In this document: positions 46,597 through 57,076 of the stretch, piece after piece
Numbering within the stretch: position 1 is the first letter of the stretch
How the letters are laid out: every line of letters begins with the position of its first letter
Virus record (IMG/VR): IMGVR_UViG_3300027833_000025
Span: 33,819-97,818 of that record
Strand: one strand, 5' to 3'
DNA length: 64,000 nucleotides
Source of the DNA: a virus
Made by a program: the position numbers and the translations under genes
The notes under the pieces: generated by a model
Seen by the model: only the letters and a program-made list of their open reading frames with translations
Databases searched by the model: none
What the model was told of the DNA's origin: nothing

Positions 46597-46704
46597 TAAA
46601 AACTAACTCATATTTTATTAAATCACTTAACAATTATACTATAAGTCGTATTATTTGTCAATAGTATTTAATTACGATAAATATTATTATAATTGGAGAA
46701 ATAT

Positions 46705-47460
46705 ATGTCAAACACTAAAGAAGTAGATTGGGCAGTAACAGAATTATGTTCACATTTATGTGATAAAGCATATTCTGATAAAGAAGGTATGACTACATAC
46801 TTGAAAGAGAATAATATAAAATATTCTAGTGTAAAATTCTTTACGAATGATAGTGCGCAAGGATATGGTATTGTTATGCCTGATTATGTTGTTATCGCAT
46901 TACGCGGAACAGAACCAACGAAGGTTAAAGATATGTTAGCAGACATTAAAGCATGGCCTTCGGAAAGTGACACTGATGGTAAAGTTCACGCTGGATTTAA
47001 AGCAGAAATTGATAAGTTGTATCCTGCGTTAGTTAAATGGTTGAAGCCTAAAAGTAAGAAAAAACTTATTATAACTGGACATAGTTTAGGTGCAGCAATG
47101 GCAACTATACTTGCAAGTAGACTGAAACCAACTACACCAGATTTAGTGTTGTATACATTTGGCTGTCCTAGAGTAGGTAATAGGGAATGGGGTGTTCAGT
47201 TTGACGATATAGAAGCGTATCGATTCGTGAACACGAATGATATCATACCACAAGTTCCGATGTTAGGATATTATCGTCATGTTGGTCAATTACAATATAT
47301 ATCATATGATTATAGAATCTTAACTGGTCTTAATTGGTGGCATCGGTTTGTTGATAAAGTGAAAGGTAAATTGAAAGCATGGAGTAAGTTTCAATTGTTT
47401 AATGGAATTTATGATCACCTAAGTGTTCATTATATTAAAAAAATTAAATTACGCAAATAA
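46705..47460 (+). CDS. class 3 lipase
   Basis: ALRGTE, VHAGF, TGHSLGAA, TFGCPRVG, DIIP; late box 46676. Confidence 0.92.
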   Translation: MSNTKEVDWAVTELCSHLCDKAYSDKEGMTTYLKENNIKYSSVKFFTNDSAQGYGIVMPDYVVIALRGTEPTKVKDMLADIKAWPSESDTDGKVHAGFKAEIDKLYPALVKWLKPKSKKKLIITGHSLGAAMATILASRLKPTTPDLVLYTFGCPRVGNREWGVQFDDIEAYRFVNTNDIIPQVPMLGYYRHVGQLQYISYDYRILTGLNWWHRFVDKVKGKLKAWSKFQLFNGIYDHLSVHYIKKIKLRK

Positions 47461-47484
47461 AAGCCCAGTTAAACTGGGCTATTA

Positions 47485-48267
47485 TTATCCTACGAATGCA
47501 CGTTCTACTACGAATGTGCCTGGATCGCTCATGTTGCCCTCAACAAATCCTTTTTTAAGTAAATGATTTTGTAAGTCTTGATTGAATGGAATAGATCCAC
47601 AAATCATAACTCTATCAAATTCAGAATCAAGATGAGGCAACTGTAAAGTATTTTCTATCGAATGATCGAATAGTGCGGTGGTTACTCTTCCCTCATTATC
47701 GTATGATTCGCGAGAAACAGTTGGATAATAATGAAATTTATTTTGTACTAATTCACCATACATTTCATGTTCGTTAAGACTCAACCACATATCTTTCCAA
47801 ACCAAATCTTCTATCTTTCTAGTACCATGTACTAATATTACATTATCGTAGTTTTCATAAATTTCAATACTACGTGCTAAACTCATAAATGGTGCGATAC
47901 CAGTTCCCGAACTTAGCATATATAGATTACGACCAGGTTTGACATTATCAGGTACTAATGTACCAACTGGTTTAGTACCTACTAGAATTTCTTCACCTAC
48001 TTTAACATGTTGTAATTTACTGGTTAAAGGACCGTCTTGTACCTTGATACTATAGAATTCTAAGTAGTCAGCATGTGATGGAGAAGCAATACTGTATGCT
48101 CTTAATATAGGTTTATTTCTTTGAAGTTTTTCAGAGAAATGATCTAAGCCCATCATGACGAATTCACCATCTTTAAATCGGAATCCGGGATTACGTGTTG
48201 TCTTGAAATAGAATAATTCGTCTGTATAATGAATTACTTCTAACACAGTTTCATATGTAGTTGCCAA
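47485..48267 (-). CDS. fpr: ferredoxin-NADP+ reductase
   Basis: RAYSIAS, GPLTS.LQH, SGTGIAPF, MICGS, VERAF; TTG start. Confidence 0.93.
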   Translation of the reverse strand: MATTYETVLEVIHYTDELFYFKTTRNPGFRFKDGEFVMMGLDHFSEKLQRNKPILRAYSIASPSHADYLEFYSIKVQDGPLTSKLQHVKVGEEILVGTKPVGTLVPDNVKPGRNLYMLSSGTGIAPFMSLARSIEIYENYDNVILVHGTRKIEDLVWKDMWLSLNEHEMYGELVQNKFHYYPTVSRESYDNEGRVTTALFDHSIENTLQLPHLDSEFDRVMICGSIPFNQDLQNHLLKKGFVEGNMSDPGTFVVERAFVG

Positions 48268-48309
48268 TTAAGTGCCCTCATGGTTATCTTGTGAATTTTT
48301 AAATAACAT

Positions 48310-49047
48310 TTATAACTGTTCCTTAACATAATTAAAGATGTGTTCGTTTGTTAGTGTACCTATATGGCTACAATCGTATGCCCTATCTATCCGTTCAATC
48401 TCATTAAGTGCTGGAAAGAAGTGTGCATGGTCTTCTTGATTTAGAGTATACTCAATAGTGTTAATATCAAAACTATTTAATAAATTTAAAGTGTGCCTAC
48501 GACACCATTTAGAGTGTGTTTCTATAGGGTTAATTTCACCTTGTATAAAGTATTTGTCGAGGTTTTGGCATGGCATTATTCTCAGCATTTCAGGCATAAT
48601 ATCTGTATAAGGATAATTTAGTCTCATAAATTTGGGCCATTGTATAACCACTGCTTTTGGTTTGTTTGATACATTATACAGTAGATTAGATATATTCATC
48701 ATAATGTAATTTGGACTACCACCGCATGACGCTAAATTGTAAGTTTTTATATCTAAATTTGTTTCTATAAGACTAGACGCACGTTCATGTTCATGTAAGT
48801 ATAGTCCATATGTATTACTACAACCAATATGGATAATGTATTCATCATCGTTGTCAAAGTCAAATTCATGTGTTCTATATCCCATGCTATTATGTTTAAA
48901 TTCTATAGGATTTTGTAAAAGATTACGATATTTCCATACGTTGCTCTGTGATTTTATATTCTTGCACCACATATTATGGTCGTCTGGATTTGGAAAGTTA
49001 ATTGTTACTTCGCCTGCGTCAGGCAAATCAATTAAATCATATTGCAT
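48310..49047 (-). CDS. SGNH-like hydrolase
   Basis: NSMGYR, IGCSNTYG, NLA..GGS, VVIQWP, D.SH.G. Confidence 0.6.
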   Translation of the reverse strand: MQYDLIDLPDAGEVTINFPNPDDHNMWCKNIKSQSNVWKYRNLLQNPIEFKHNSMGYRTHEFDFDNDDEYIIHIGCSNTYGLYLHEHERASSLIETNLDIKTYNLASCGGSPNYIMMNISNLLYNVSNKPKAVVIQWPKFMRLNYPYTDIMPEMLRIMPCQNLDKYFIQGEINPIETHSKWCRRHTLNLLNSFDINTIEYTLNQEDHAHFFPALNEIERIDRAYDCSHIGTLTNEHIFNYVKEQL

Positions 49048-49059
49048 TATTTCTTCTTT

Positions 49060-49344
49060 TTAATTTTTTTTATTTTCTAAATCTACAATACGAGATTCTA
49101 GATCAACTATCTTCTTAGATAGGTTCGGGTTTAATTTTGTCCATGCATTAGGATCAGTCTTAAACCATGTCCAACCCCATTTATTTACTACATGATTTAA
49201 ACATGCCGACCATTTACCATAAGTCCATAGTGCGATTTTAGTATCAGTAATCCATGCTATAAACAATGCACCAAAAATACTACCAGCCAACGCTGTCCAT
49301 ATCCATAGTCTATCTGTAAACATACTTTGTATTGTTTCCCACAT
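49060..49344 (-). CDS. membrane protein
   Basis: N-terminal TM, Trp-rich, coiled-coil tail. Confidence 0.7.
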   Translation of the reverse strand: MWETIQSMFTDRLWIWTALAGSIFGALFIAWITDTKIALWTYGKWSACLNHVVNKWGWTWFKTDPNAWTKLNPNLSKKIVDLESRIVDLENKKN

Positions 49345-49357
49345 TGCGTAATCTCCT

Positions 49358-49744
49358 TTAAGCGGTTGTGTTCTTTTCTTTATAATCTGCTACTGCTGCT
49401 TTGATAGCATCTTCTGCTAATACTGAGCAGTGAATTTTAACAGGCGGGAGTGCAAGTTCCTGTGAAATATGACTATTAGTTATAGATACTGCTTCATCTA
49501 AGTCCATACCTTTTAATAGTTCGGTCACAAGTGAACTAGATGCAATTGCTGAACCACACCCATAGGTTTTAAACTTAGCATCTTCTATGATGCCTTCATT
49601 ATTAACTTTAATCTGTAGACGCATAACGTCACCACATGCGGGCGCTCCCACCATGCCAGTACCTACGTTTTCATCTGATTCATCCATCTTACCTACATTA
49701 CGTGGATTGTCGTAATGATCTAATACTTTTTCTGAATATGCCAT
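49358..49744 (-). CDS. iscU: Fe-S cluster scaffold IscU
   Basis: MAYSEKVLDHY.NPRNVG, APACGD, GCGSAIASSS, LPPVKIHC. Confidence 0.97.
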   Translation of the reverse strand: MAYSEKVLDHYDNPRNVGKMDESDENVGTGMVGAPACGDVMRLQIKVNNEGIIEDAKFKTYGCGSAIASSSLVTELLKGMDLDEAVSITNSHISQELALPPVKIHCSVLAEDAIKAAVADYKEKNTTA

Positions 49745-49794
49745 AATTGTATTCCTTAATCTATTTCTTATTGTAAAAGTGACCAACCAACATA

Positions 49795-50130
49795 TTAAAG
49801 TGACCAACCACTGCATTTATTATTATGATTTTCTGCGTGTACACATCGTTTTGAACCACATTCGGAACATACTACAACATTACCTACACTTAGTAAAAAT
49901 CCACTTTTATCTATTAACTTATTGTCTTTAATACATTCATTGCAAAGACAGTCTTCTGCTTCTGCAAGTCTTCCATCGATAGGACGTAAATCATCAGTTT
50001 TTTCGACTGTCTTTGTCTTTTCAAATGTTGCTTCTTTCTTGCCCCAAATTTTGTCATAATTATCACCAAACTTAGAACCATAGGTAGAGCCGCGTCTTAA
50101 ATCGCCTTTACCACCATGCCATTGCGTCAT
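49795..50130 (-). CDS. Cys-rich hypothetical protein
   Basis: GGKGD..R..NYDKIW; CxCxxC, CxxCG.KRC.HA.NH. Confidence 0.65.
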   Translation of the reverse strand: MTQWHGGKGDLRRGSTYGSKFGDNYDKIWGKKEATFEKTKTVEKTDDLRPIDGRLAEAEDCLCNECIKDNKLIDKSGFLLSVGNVVVCSECGSKRCVHAENHNNKCSGWSL

Positions 50131-50178
50131 TATTTGTTTTCTCTTGTATTATTTGTATTTACCAATTAACGTATGTGA

Positions 50179-50373
50179 TTACACAGTTTGGTTGTTTACA
50201 AATATTTTCATAGTGCGCCCATCGTCTTGTATACTGATCTGAACATTTTTTAGATCATATTTTACAAGTTCACGACCATCATCTATCACTTCAAGTCTAG
50301 ATACTTCAGGATAGTTAATTATATTATTATCATCCATGTATTCACCTGCTGTTATAAATTTTAAATCATCCAT
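50179..50373 (-). CDS. hypothetical protein
   Basis: V.RLEVID..GR...S.QDDGRT.KIF. Confidence 0.7.
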   Translation of the reverse strand: MDDLKFITAGEYMDDNNIINYPEVSRLEVIDDGRELVKYDLKNVQISIQDDGRTMKIFVNNQTV

Positions 50374-50374
50374 A

Positions 50375-51022
50375 TTAATCACGCCTATAAAATATGTGCG
50401 CACCAATACGACCTACTGAATGCATACCACGATCTGTGCGCCAATTTGGTTTTACATATGTAGCATGATAATGAACTGCGCCGTCAGTAATTCCCCTCAT
50501 GTTAGCATTCACGTAAATATCCCATGCGACTTCTTGTGAGCGTACCCAATTATCACTACCATAAGGTATTGTGTCAGGTTTCCCGTCACAGTACCAAGAA
50601 AATTGGCATTTGTGTAAAATTGGATAGTATATTCTTAATTCATCAGGAAGAGTGGGGTCTTGTTTTGTTTTCCAACTCTCTCTCGTATACCCCTCATAAA
50701 CAACATCACATACTGTATGAGCCCAACGACGATCTGTTACTCTATTTAATGTAACATCGGCTACCGCATACATACCCGCTTTATTATCAATACCTGCTTC
50801 AAAGTATATATTCTTTGCAAGACAGAAGATTTGAGGATGTTTTTCTGGATTAGTCAGAAAGTATTCGCTGTCAGTGCGTTTTTGAATACTAGCCCAAGAT
50901 TCATCATCTGACAAATCAATTTTTGCTGGGACTAATAATGGTGCGTCTGCTGCCAAAATAAACTGACCATAAGCCGCACCACCTAGCATTGTCAACATTG
51001 ACATTACCAATAAAATTTTCAT
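50375..51022 (-). CDS. SleB/Hydrolase_2 cell wall hydrolase
   Basis: CLAKNIYFEA, V.LNRV, CQFSWYCDG, HYHA, IG.HIFY. Confidence 0.92.
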   Translation of the reverse strand: MKILLVMSMLTMLGGAAYGQFILAADAPLLVPAKIDLSDDESWASIQKRTDSEYFLTNPEKHPQIFCLAKNIYFEAGIDNKAGMYAVADVTLNRVTDRRWAHTVCDVVYEGYTRESWKTKQDPTLPDELRIYYPILHKCQFSWYCDGKPDTIPYGSDNWVRSQEVAWDIYVNANMRGITDGAVHYHATYVKPNWRTDRGMHSVGRIGAHIFYRRD

Positions 51023-51035
51023 ACTGTATAATTCC

Positions 51036-51137
51036 TTATTTAGAGTCGATGCTATTTGCAATCAAGTGAAGGGGGACAGTCACAAACAATGCGGCTGGTA
51101 GGGACAATAATGCTATTGCGTGTAATAACCAAAACAT
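51036..51137 (-). CDS. 33 aa hydrophobic peptide
   Basis: AAGGAAG RBS; MFWLLHAIALL...VPLHLI. Confidence 0.5.
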   Translation of the reverse strand: MFWLLHAIALLSLPAALFVTVPLHLIANSIDSK

Positions 51138-51147
51138 AATTACTTCC

Positions 51148-51453
51148 TTAATATAAAGAAACATTAATTGCATAATCAAGTGTTTCACGCGCATGTTCTT
51201 CGTCTAACTCTTGCAATTCTTCTTCCCACTCTTCGAATGTACGGAACTGTGTTGGAAACTCTTTGTATCCAAGGTCGTTCTCACCATACTTAGCCATAAC
51301 ATAAGCAACAGCATCTTGAATTCGTGTTAGGCCATCAACGATATAATCGCTACCACCTTTCATCTTCCAATATGCGTTACCACTAGAGAACTTGCCGTCC
51401 TCTAAGTGAGCGCCGTAATTTTCCAAACACTGAGTTGAGATTACAAATTTCAT
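51148..51453 (-). CDS. early hypothetical protein
   Basis: TQ.LENYGAH...YWK.KGG; sigma70 promoter at 51516. Confidence 0.75.
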   Translation of the reverse strand: MKFVISTQCLENYGAHLEDGKFSSGNAYWKMKGGSDYIVDGLTRIQDAVAYVMAKYGENDLGYKEFPTQFRTFEEWEEELQELDEEHARETLDYAINVSLY

Positions 51454-51535
51454 AATATATCCTTGCGTTATTTAACTTATGCATATATTATAACATAGTG
51501 TTTGGGGGGCTGTCAAGTATTAATTGAAAGTTATT

Positions 51536-51727
51536 TTATTTAATATCTTTCAATTTAATAATTATTGCTTCGATGTCGTCACGCAGTTGTAACTTTTCTT
51601 TTTTCATAGTATGTAATAATACATCATCTGAATTTTGTTTATACATGTCAGTAATGACCTTATCTAATAAACGGTGGCGTTGTTCTAGGACTTCTTTATG
51701 GTGTGTTAAACTATCTAATGTACTCAT
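51536..51727 (-). CDS. DUF465/YdcH-like protein
   Basis: H..LD..I....LH.MKKEKL.LRD.I. Confidence 0.75.
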   Translation of the reverse strand: MSTLDSLTHHKEVLEQRHRLLDKVITDMYKQNSDDVLLHTMKKEKLQLRDDIEAIIIKLKDIK

Positions 51728-51761
51728 ATTTTATCTCCGTAGGTTATTTTGCCAATTCTTA

Positions 51762-52226
51762 TTATACTACAATTCCATTTAGATAAACTGTTTTACCATC
51801 TTCCTTGACTGCTGTTAAGATTTGGTTTCTATTTTCTGACTGTGATTTATAACTACAATGAGTCCAACCTGAGTTAGGATCTCCTGGGATATAAAATTCC
51901 AATATTAGTTGATCAAAGTCTAAGTTGTCTGCAATCCATTGTGATACTTGTACCGTTGAAGCAAAGTTTGTTTCCATATCTGCTGCTTCAGCCTTTGAAT
52001 GCTGTGAACCACGCGCACCACCAATTGCATCATTTAATGCTTCTGATCTATAGCCAGATGTAATTACTGTAGGACCAAAGTGATCTCTTACTGGTTGAAC
52101 TATATTTTCAAATAATGCTTTAGCACTTTCTAAGTGTGCATCCGTCATTGAGTTATCAATGCATCTACGAGTTGCCGTTGATGATTTCGTGTATTCGCTT
52201 ACTGTAAAATTTTTACTTAATTTCAT
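51762..52226 (-). CDS. peptidase M15A (probable endolysin)
   Basis: SGYRS..LN..IGG...SQH..AEAAD, W.H.S; perfect TATAAATA late box 52246-52253. Confidence 0.9.
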   Translation of the reverse strand: MKLSKNFTVSEYTKSSTATRRCIDNSMTDAHLESAKALFENIVQPVRDHFGPTVITSGYRSEALNDAIGGARGSQHSKAEAADMETNFASTVQVSQWIADNLDFDQLILEFYIPGDPNSGWTHCSYKSQSENRNQILTAVKEDGKTVYLNGIVV

Positions 52227-52521
52227 AATTATATACCTCTATAACTATTTATACTTAATTAATCAATCATCGTATTGATCTGCTTCATTATATCTATCTT
52301 GTTCATCTTCGCCTTCTTTATATAAGACATACTCATGTAATACTACAACTCCACCATAACCCGACACAAAAAGTGCCAATTCTAAAATACTCATTACTTT
52401 TTTAAATTCAACCTCACTATTATGTCAGTAATTCCTTTACTATGCGTATTCATTACACATAGTTGCAATTTAATTGTATGAGGATCATATTACTGACCCT
52501 CATATTTATCATGTAGTCAAA

Positions 52522-52701
52522 TTACATTGCATTCTTTTTGTCTTGGATTTCACCACGACGAGATTTGGTAAGTTTACCAAGATCACCTAGTGCCTTTCGT
52601 GCACGTGCTGCTGCTGCTTTTACACCTTTGTCTTCCCATGAGGCATGTTCTGTTAAGTATGCTTCATATGCTGCTACGATTTGTTCATGAATAGTATCCA
52701 T
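52522..52701 (-). CDS. Hc1 / histone-H1-like nucleoid protein (59 aa, not in ORF track)
   Basis: GGAG RBS; KGVKAAAARARKALGDLGKL.K.RR.EIQ. Confidence 0.8.
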   Translation of the reverse strand: MDTIHEQIVAAYEAYLTEHASWEDKGVKAAAARARKALGDLGKLTKSRRGEIQDKKNAM

Positions 52702-52745
52702 TGTATTCTCCGTTTTTATTTAATTATATCGCAATCTGTGCGACA

Positions 52746-52991
52746 TTACTTTGCTGCATCAAAAGCCTTTAGTGCGAGTCGTAATTCTGCCGCCTCTAAT
52801 ACTTTCGATTCATCTCCTGCTTCACCTTCTTTTCTCGCTTGAATTAGAGCAAGTCGTATTTTGTCACGGGCTGCACGTGTACGTTTTTGACCTGCTTCAG
52901 TCCACGATTTGTCATAATCATCAGCGTCAACACATTGTGTAGTTATTGGATTATTATTCTGCTCACTCATAATCTTAAAGATTTTGCCCAT
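52746..52991 (-). CDS. hypothetical protein
   Basis: Coupled ORF. Confidence 0.6.
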   Translation of the reverse strand: MGKIFKIMSEQNNNPITTQCVDADDYDKSWTEAGQKRTRAARDKIRLALIQARKEGEAGDESKVLEAAELRLALKAFDAAK

Positions 52992-53365
52992 TATACTAAT
53001 GCCTCGATTTCTACTATGTCTGATGTTTCATTAACTTCACTGATTAGTCCCCATCGAAACGAGCGCCAACCTTTCGCTTTTACATCCCATACACTAAGAA
53101 CATCTTCGTTAACCTTGCGAACTTTTTCTGGTGTTAATGAATCTGTTTTAGGTGCTGCGGGCTTAATATCTTCATGCAGTGTGCATGTCATAATTCGTTC
53201 ATCTCCATTTACTTTCAAGAATGTGACTTCTACAATACCTTCTTGTAGTTGTGCAATGAGTACATCTTTTTTCTTTTCCCATTCTGAATGAATATCACGA
53301 GGATTCAATGAACCTTCTTTAATCATTTCACCTACTGACTTAACTACGGTATTCTCTTCGATCAT
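52991..53365 (-). CDS. SH3-like / WYL_2 (DUF2693-like) protein
   Basis: F.KVNGD.R.M.CTL; VWDV...GWRSF. Confidence 0.8.
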   Translation of the reverse strand: MIEENTVVKSVGEMIKEGSLNPRDIHSEWEKKKDVLIAQLQEGIVEVTFLKVNGDERIMTCTLHEDIKPAAPKTDSLTPEKVRKVNEDVLSVWDVKAKGWRSFRWGLISEVNETSDIVEIEALV

Positions 53366-53453
53366 TTTATTTCCTTAGTTTATTTGGTAAGCATTATTGC
53401 CTAGTTAGTATTGTTGTATATTATTATAACAAAGTAGTTTAAATAAGTCAAGT

Positions 53454-53915
53454 CTATTTTGCTAATTTCTCAAGTAGTTCACATTTCTCTAGTATATCAT
53501 TATATGCTTTTTCTGCTAACAATAATTTTTTACGTTGTTTCAATAGTTCTGGATATATTTGTTCAAGAGTTTCATCTCTCGTATCTATACGCATTTTCAC
53601 AGTCTGTTCATGATTTAATATAGGTTTATGGAATTCATGTTCAACTCCATCAATTGTAACCGTATCAAATTTACCAACGGTTGCCCTGCTGACTTTACTA
53701 ATAGGTGTTAGTGATTTTTTAGTAAAATAAGTATCTGCTAATATTACATCATAGTCTGTTATAATTAAAACACCATGTCCGTTACATAACGGGCACTCAT
53801 TAATATTAATCAATGGTGTAGTCATAGTACAAGGACACACATCATAATAACTTTCATCACATAAATCCGCAAAGATAGTACTAGTAACTACGTGGTCAAA
53901 CATCTTATCGTGCAT
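53454..53915 (-). CDS. hypothetical protein with Zn-ribbon
   Basis: CPC...CPLCNGHG. Confidence 0.6.
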   Translation of the reverse strand: MHDKMFDHVVTSTIFADLCDESYYDVCPCTMTTPLININECPLCNGHGVLIITDYDVILADTYFTKKSLTPISKVSRATVGKFDTVTIDGVEHEFHKPILNHEQTVKMRIDTRDETLEQIYPELLKQRKKLLLAEKAYNDILEKCELLEKLAK

Positions 53916-53934
53916 TAAATTATATCTCGCTGAG

Positions 53935-54189
53935 TCATAGCATTAGTTTTGCTATGAACATGTCTTCTGTTGTTTTAAACCGCAGTACACCATATGGTAG
54001 ATAAGACTTATGCAAACCACGCATTCGTCCTGATGAATACGATATAAGTACACAATCAACTACTTCATTAATTGCATTTAAGTCAATTGATACCCATTGG
54101 CCCATATTGATTTCCATGATGATTGGATAGTTGCGCTCAATTCGTAGTTGTCGTTGCCCGCTACCACGATAGTAACTATTTTTATTCAT
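53935..54189 (-). CDS. FxxxxD...KL family protein
   Basis: Ends LRFKTTEDMFIAKLML. Confidence 0.6.
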   Translation of the reverse strand: MNKNSYYRGSGQRQLRIERNYPIIMEINMGQWVSIDLNAINEVVDCVLISYSSGRMRGLHKSYLPYGVLRFKTTEDMFIAKLML

Positions 54190-54396
54190 CTATTTTGATA
54201 GTATCTTAACACAGTATTCATATGCAAAACAAAAAGCGAAGATTACCCACACAAATGGACCTGCAAATACTGATATAATAAGAACTTCTTTATCTGTGGG
54301 CCTATTACCATATATTATGGTGCTTAATGATGTAACCACCATAAACCACATAACACTAAGTAATACACCTCCTATAAAATCAAAAATTGTTATCAT
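54190..54396 (-). CDS. small two-TM membrane protein
   Basis: Two hydrophobic helices, GGAG RBS. Confidence 0.6.
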   Translation of the reverse strand: MITIFDFIGGVLLSVMWFMVVTSLSTIIYGNRPTDKEVLIISVFAGPFVWVIFAFCFAYEYCVKILSK

Positions 54397-54397
54397 A

Positions 54398-55135
54398 CTA
54401 TTCTCCTATTTCAAATGTTTTGTTCACATCAAATTCAAGATTTTCGTTTTCCCCATCACCAACAGGGTATCCTCTAGGATTACATAGAACATTAGTCTCA
54501 CCAATGGTATAATCAGATGTATTATGCATATGACCATGTACCCAAAAACTAGGCTTATAGATAAACATAAATTCAGATAGATCGGTGGCGAAAGCAGGAT
54601 TTAATGTGCTTCCTATAAAGCAATCCAAAGACGATTTGAATGATGGTGCATGGTGAGTGATTATTACATCACCCTCATTCACACTCTTTTTCAAATAATC
54701 CATAGCAGCATAATGCGCTAATTTAGAGTCATATGCAGTGAATCTACGAAAATCTTCATCAATTTTAATAACACGAAAGTCTGCCATACCTTTGTTAGCA
54801 AACCATTCATCTTCAGGCTTCATATCTGTCCATAGAGTAGTACCATGAAATACAGTATTTTCTATCTTCACTGAACTATTCTGTAAGAAATGAATACGCG
54901 GATCAAGATCCTCTTCTATTCTTTCTTCTAGATGTGTAATATTAGACCTATAATATTCATGATTACCAGTAACATAAATTACATGCTCAAAATTTTCAAG
55001 TTGGGCATTAATCCATTCTACTCTACCCTTGATATCAATATCACCAGCCAGTATTAATACATCAGCATCACCCTTTGGTATGTTGTCTAGTGGTGCGAAC
55101 TCAAGATGAATATCGCTGATATATTTAATTTTCAT
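54398..55135 (-). CDS. calcineurin-like metallophosphoesterase
   Basis: SDIH, AGDI, GNHE, THH, HGHMH. Confidence 0.92.
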   Translation of the reverse strand: MKIKYISDIHLEFAPLDNIPKGDADVLILAGDIDIKGRVEWINAQLENFEHVIYVTGNHEYYRSNITHLEERIEEDLDPRIHFLQNSSVKIENTVFHGTTLWTDMKPEDEWFANKGMADFRVIKIDEDFRRFTAYDSKLAHYAAMDYLKKSVNEGDVIITHHAPSFKSSLDCFIGSTLNPAFATDLSEFMFIYKPSFWVHGHMHNTSDYTIGETNVLCNPRGYPVGDGENENLEFDVNKTFEIGE

Positions 55136-55304
55136 CAGATTCCTTCGGGTTATGCCATATTACATTATTAGTGTCCAGTTCCGCACTCCATTGCATCAAT
55201 TTATTATACACTGGATAGATAACATCAACGAGAATATCCAAATATAACAATTTTGAAATCATATCGCCTAGAAAATAACAAATATGTGCAAGTATTAATT
55301 TCAT
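55125..55304 (-). CDS. small protein (59 aa, not in ORF track)
   Basis: ATGA overlap with prs stop; Y.LGD.IS...[12 protein letters not shown]. Confidence 0.6.
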   Translation of the reverse strand: MKLILAHICYFLGDMISKLLYLDILVDVIYPVYNKLMQWSAELDTNNVIWHNPKESDEN

Positions 55305-56269
55305 AATTTTACTATTTTTTGAGTGAATAAACTGCTTACGCTTTCTTCGTTGGTGACACGTCGAATTGCTTCACCAAACATAGTGGAAGCACTCACTACA
55401 CGTGTTTTTTTATGATTCTTTGGGCAGTTAAATTCAATGCTGTCAGTAATTACTAGTTCAATGAGTACACTCTTTTCAATTTTTTGACATGCAGTACCAC
55501 TAAGGACGCCGTGTGTAATGTATGCTCTAACACTAAGTGCACCAGCATCTATAATTGCTTGAGCAGCATTGCATAATGTACCACCTGAGTCAACGATATC
55601 GTCTACTAGGATAGCGTGTTTACCTTTAACATCGCCAATTAACCCCATGACTTCACTTTGTCCTGCACGAGGTCTACGCTTGTCTACAATAGCAATGTCG
55701 CCACCAAACATGTCAGCGAACTTACGTGCACGTACTGTACCACCTGCATCGGGGCTTACAAATACAGTTTCAATTTTGTTTAAGTCAGTACCTTCTTTAA
55801 AGAACTGCTTCTTAATATCTTTTGCAAATGCAATACGTGATGTTAGATCATCTACGGGGATATCAAAGAATCCCTGTATTTGTCCAGCGTGCAAATCCAT
55901 TGTGAGAACTCGGTTTGCGCCTGCGGTTGTTAGTAAGTCTGCTACTAACTTCGCGGTAATTGGAGTGCGTGATGCACTCTTACGATCTTGTCGTGCATAT
56001 CCAAAATAAGGTATGACTGCTGTAATGCGAGTTGCGCTGCTACGTTTAGCAGCATCAATCATAACCAACAATTCCATGAGATTGTCATTCACTGGAGTGC
56101 TTGTACTTTGCACAATAAAGACATCTTCACCTCTAATATTTTCGTTAAACTGAATACTAGATTCACCATCAGCAAATGTTTTGATGTCCGCTGATACGAG
56201 TTCTACAAAGCACCTGTCTGCTATATCTTGTGCCATTTGTAGGTTGCTATTTCCTGCAATAATTTTCAT
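55301..56269 (-). CDS. prs: ribose-phosphate pyrophosphokinase
   Basis: [44 protein letters not shown]; own sigma70 promoter 56311-56339. Confidence 0.97.
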   Translation of the reverse strand: MKIIAGNSNLQMAQDIADRCFVELVSADIKTFADGESSIQFNENIRGEDVFIVQSTSTPVNDNLMELLVMIDAAKRSSATRITAVIPYFGYARQDRKSASRTPITAKLVADLLTTAGANRVLTMDLHAGQIQGFFDIPVDDLTSRIAFAKDIKKQFFKEGTDLNKIETVFVSPDAGGTVRARKFADMFGGDIAIVDKRRPRAGQSEVMGLIGDVKGKHAILVDDIVDSGGTLCNAAQAIIDAGALSVRAYITHGVLSGTACQKIEKSVLIELVITDSIEFNCPKNHKKTRVVSASTMFGEAIRRVTNEESVSSLFTQKIVKL

Positions 56270-56350
56270 ATTTTATAACCTGATAGATCATGATATTCAT
56301 GACAGTAATAATTATAACATCTTAGGCGAGGTTTGTCAACTAATTTAACT

Positions 56351-56557
56351 TTATGAATTTGCAATTTTAAACATCATTGCATCTTGTTCTTTCTCAAACC
56401 AGAACATTGATCCTGCTGGAGAATTTGCAAAGTCACCAGTACAATGTGTTAAACACCATTTCCTATCAATATCAATTCGTTCACCTGACTCACTATATGG
56501 TCGTTCAATACGATACCAGCCTTCATATGCAAGTTCATGTAAGGACGAGAACACCAT
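56351..56557 (-). CDS. WC...FxxxxDAxxFK family protein
   Basis: KWCLTHC...FWFEKEQDAMMFKI. Confidence 0.7.
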   Translation of the reverse strand: MVFSSLHELAYEGWYRIERPYSESGERIDIDRKWCLTHCTGDFANSPAGSMFWFEKEQDAMMFKIANS

Positions 56558-56868
56558 TATAATTCAGCCAACTTAAATATGAATACTTCTTCATCGGTTG
56601 GTTTGAGTGGATTTAGAAAATATTTATCTATTATTTTTTGAGATAGTTTGTTGCCATGAACCCACCAGTTGTATTGTACTACTTTGCCACTTTTATTATA
56701 CACAAGTCGTGCAGGACCGTCTTCACGATGCCATATGGTTATACATTCATAAGCGGGATTTAATGGAATGATACCCTCTTTTTTAATTCTAGGATCGTAT
56801 CCGTATTGCTCTTCTTTGAGCAATCCATTTGGAAAGAATCGTTTTATGTATTGTGGATTTTTGAGCAT
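56557..56868 (-). CDS. HRxDGPA-motif protein
   Basis: WHREDGPA...WWVHG; ends DEEVFIFKL. Confidence 0.7.
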   Translation of the reverse strand: MLKNPQYIKRFFPNGLLKEEQYGYDPRIKKEGIIPLNPAYECITIWHREDGPARLVYNKSGKVVQYNWWVHGNKLSQKIIDKYFLNPLKPTDEEVFIFKLAEL

Positions 56869-57062
56869 TCAAATCTCATATCAATTATAGTACCCATTGT
56901 CTCTTCTGTCAGATAACGATAAATGTGGGTCCTTGATTCATCGGTTGTCATTGCAGTGCATTCTTCTTCTGTCGCAAATTTGACAGGATGTAATACGTTT
57001 GAATCTGATATAACACCATCATTTACAATAGTAAGGAAAATAAATAAAATATATTCGTTCAT
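56844..57062 (-). CDS. small exported protein
   Basis: Hydrophobic N-terminus, F.TEEEC...C. Confidence 0.6.
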   Translation of the reverse strand: MNEYILFIFLTIVNDGVISDSNVLHPVKFATEEECTAMTTDESRTHIYRYLTEETMGTIIDMRFECSKIHNT

Positions 57063-57076
57063 AACAATTCTCTCTT

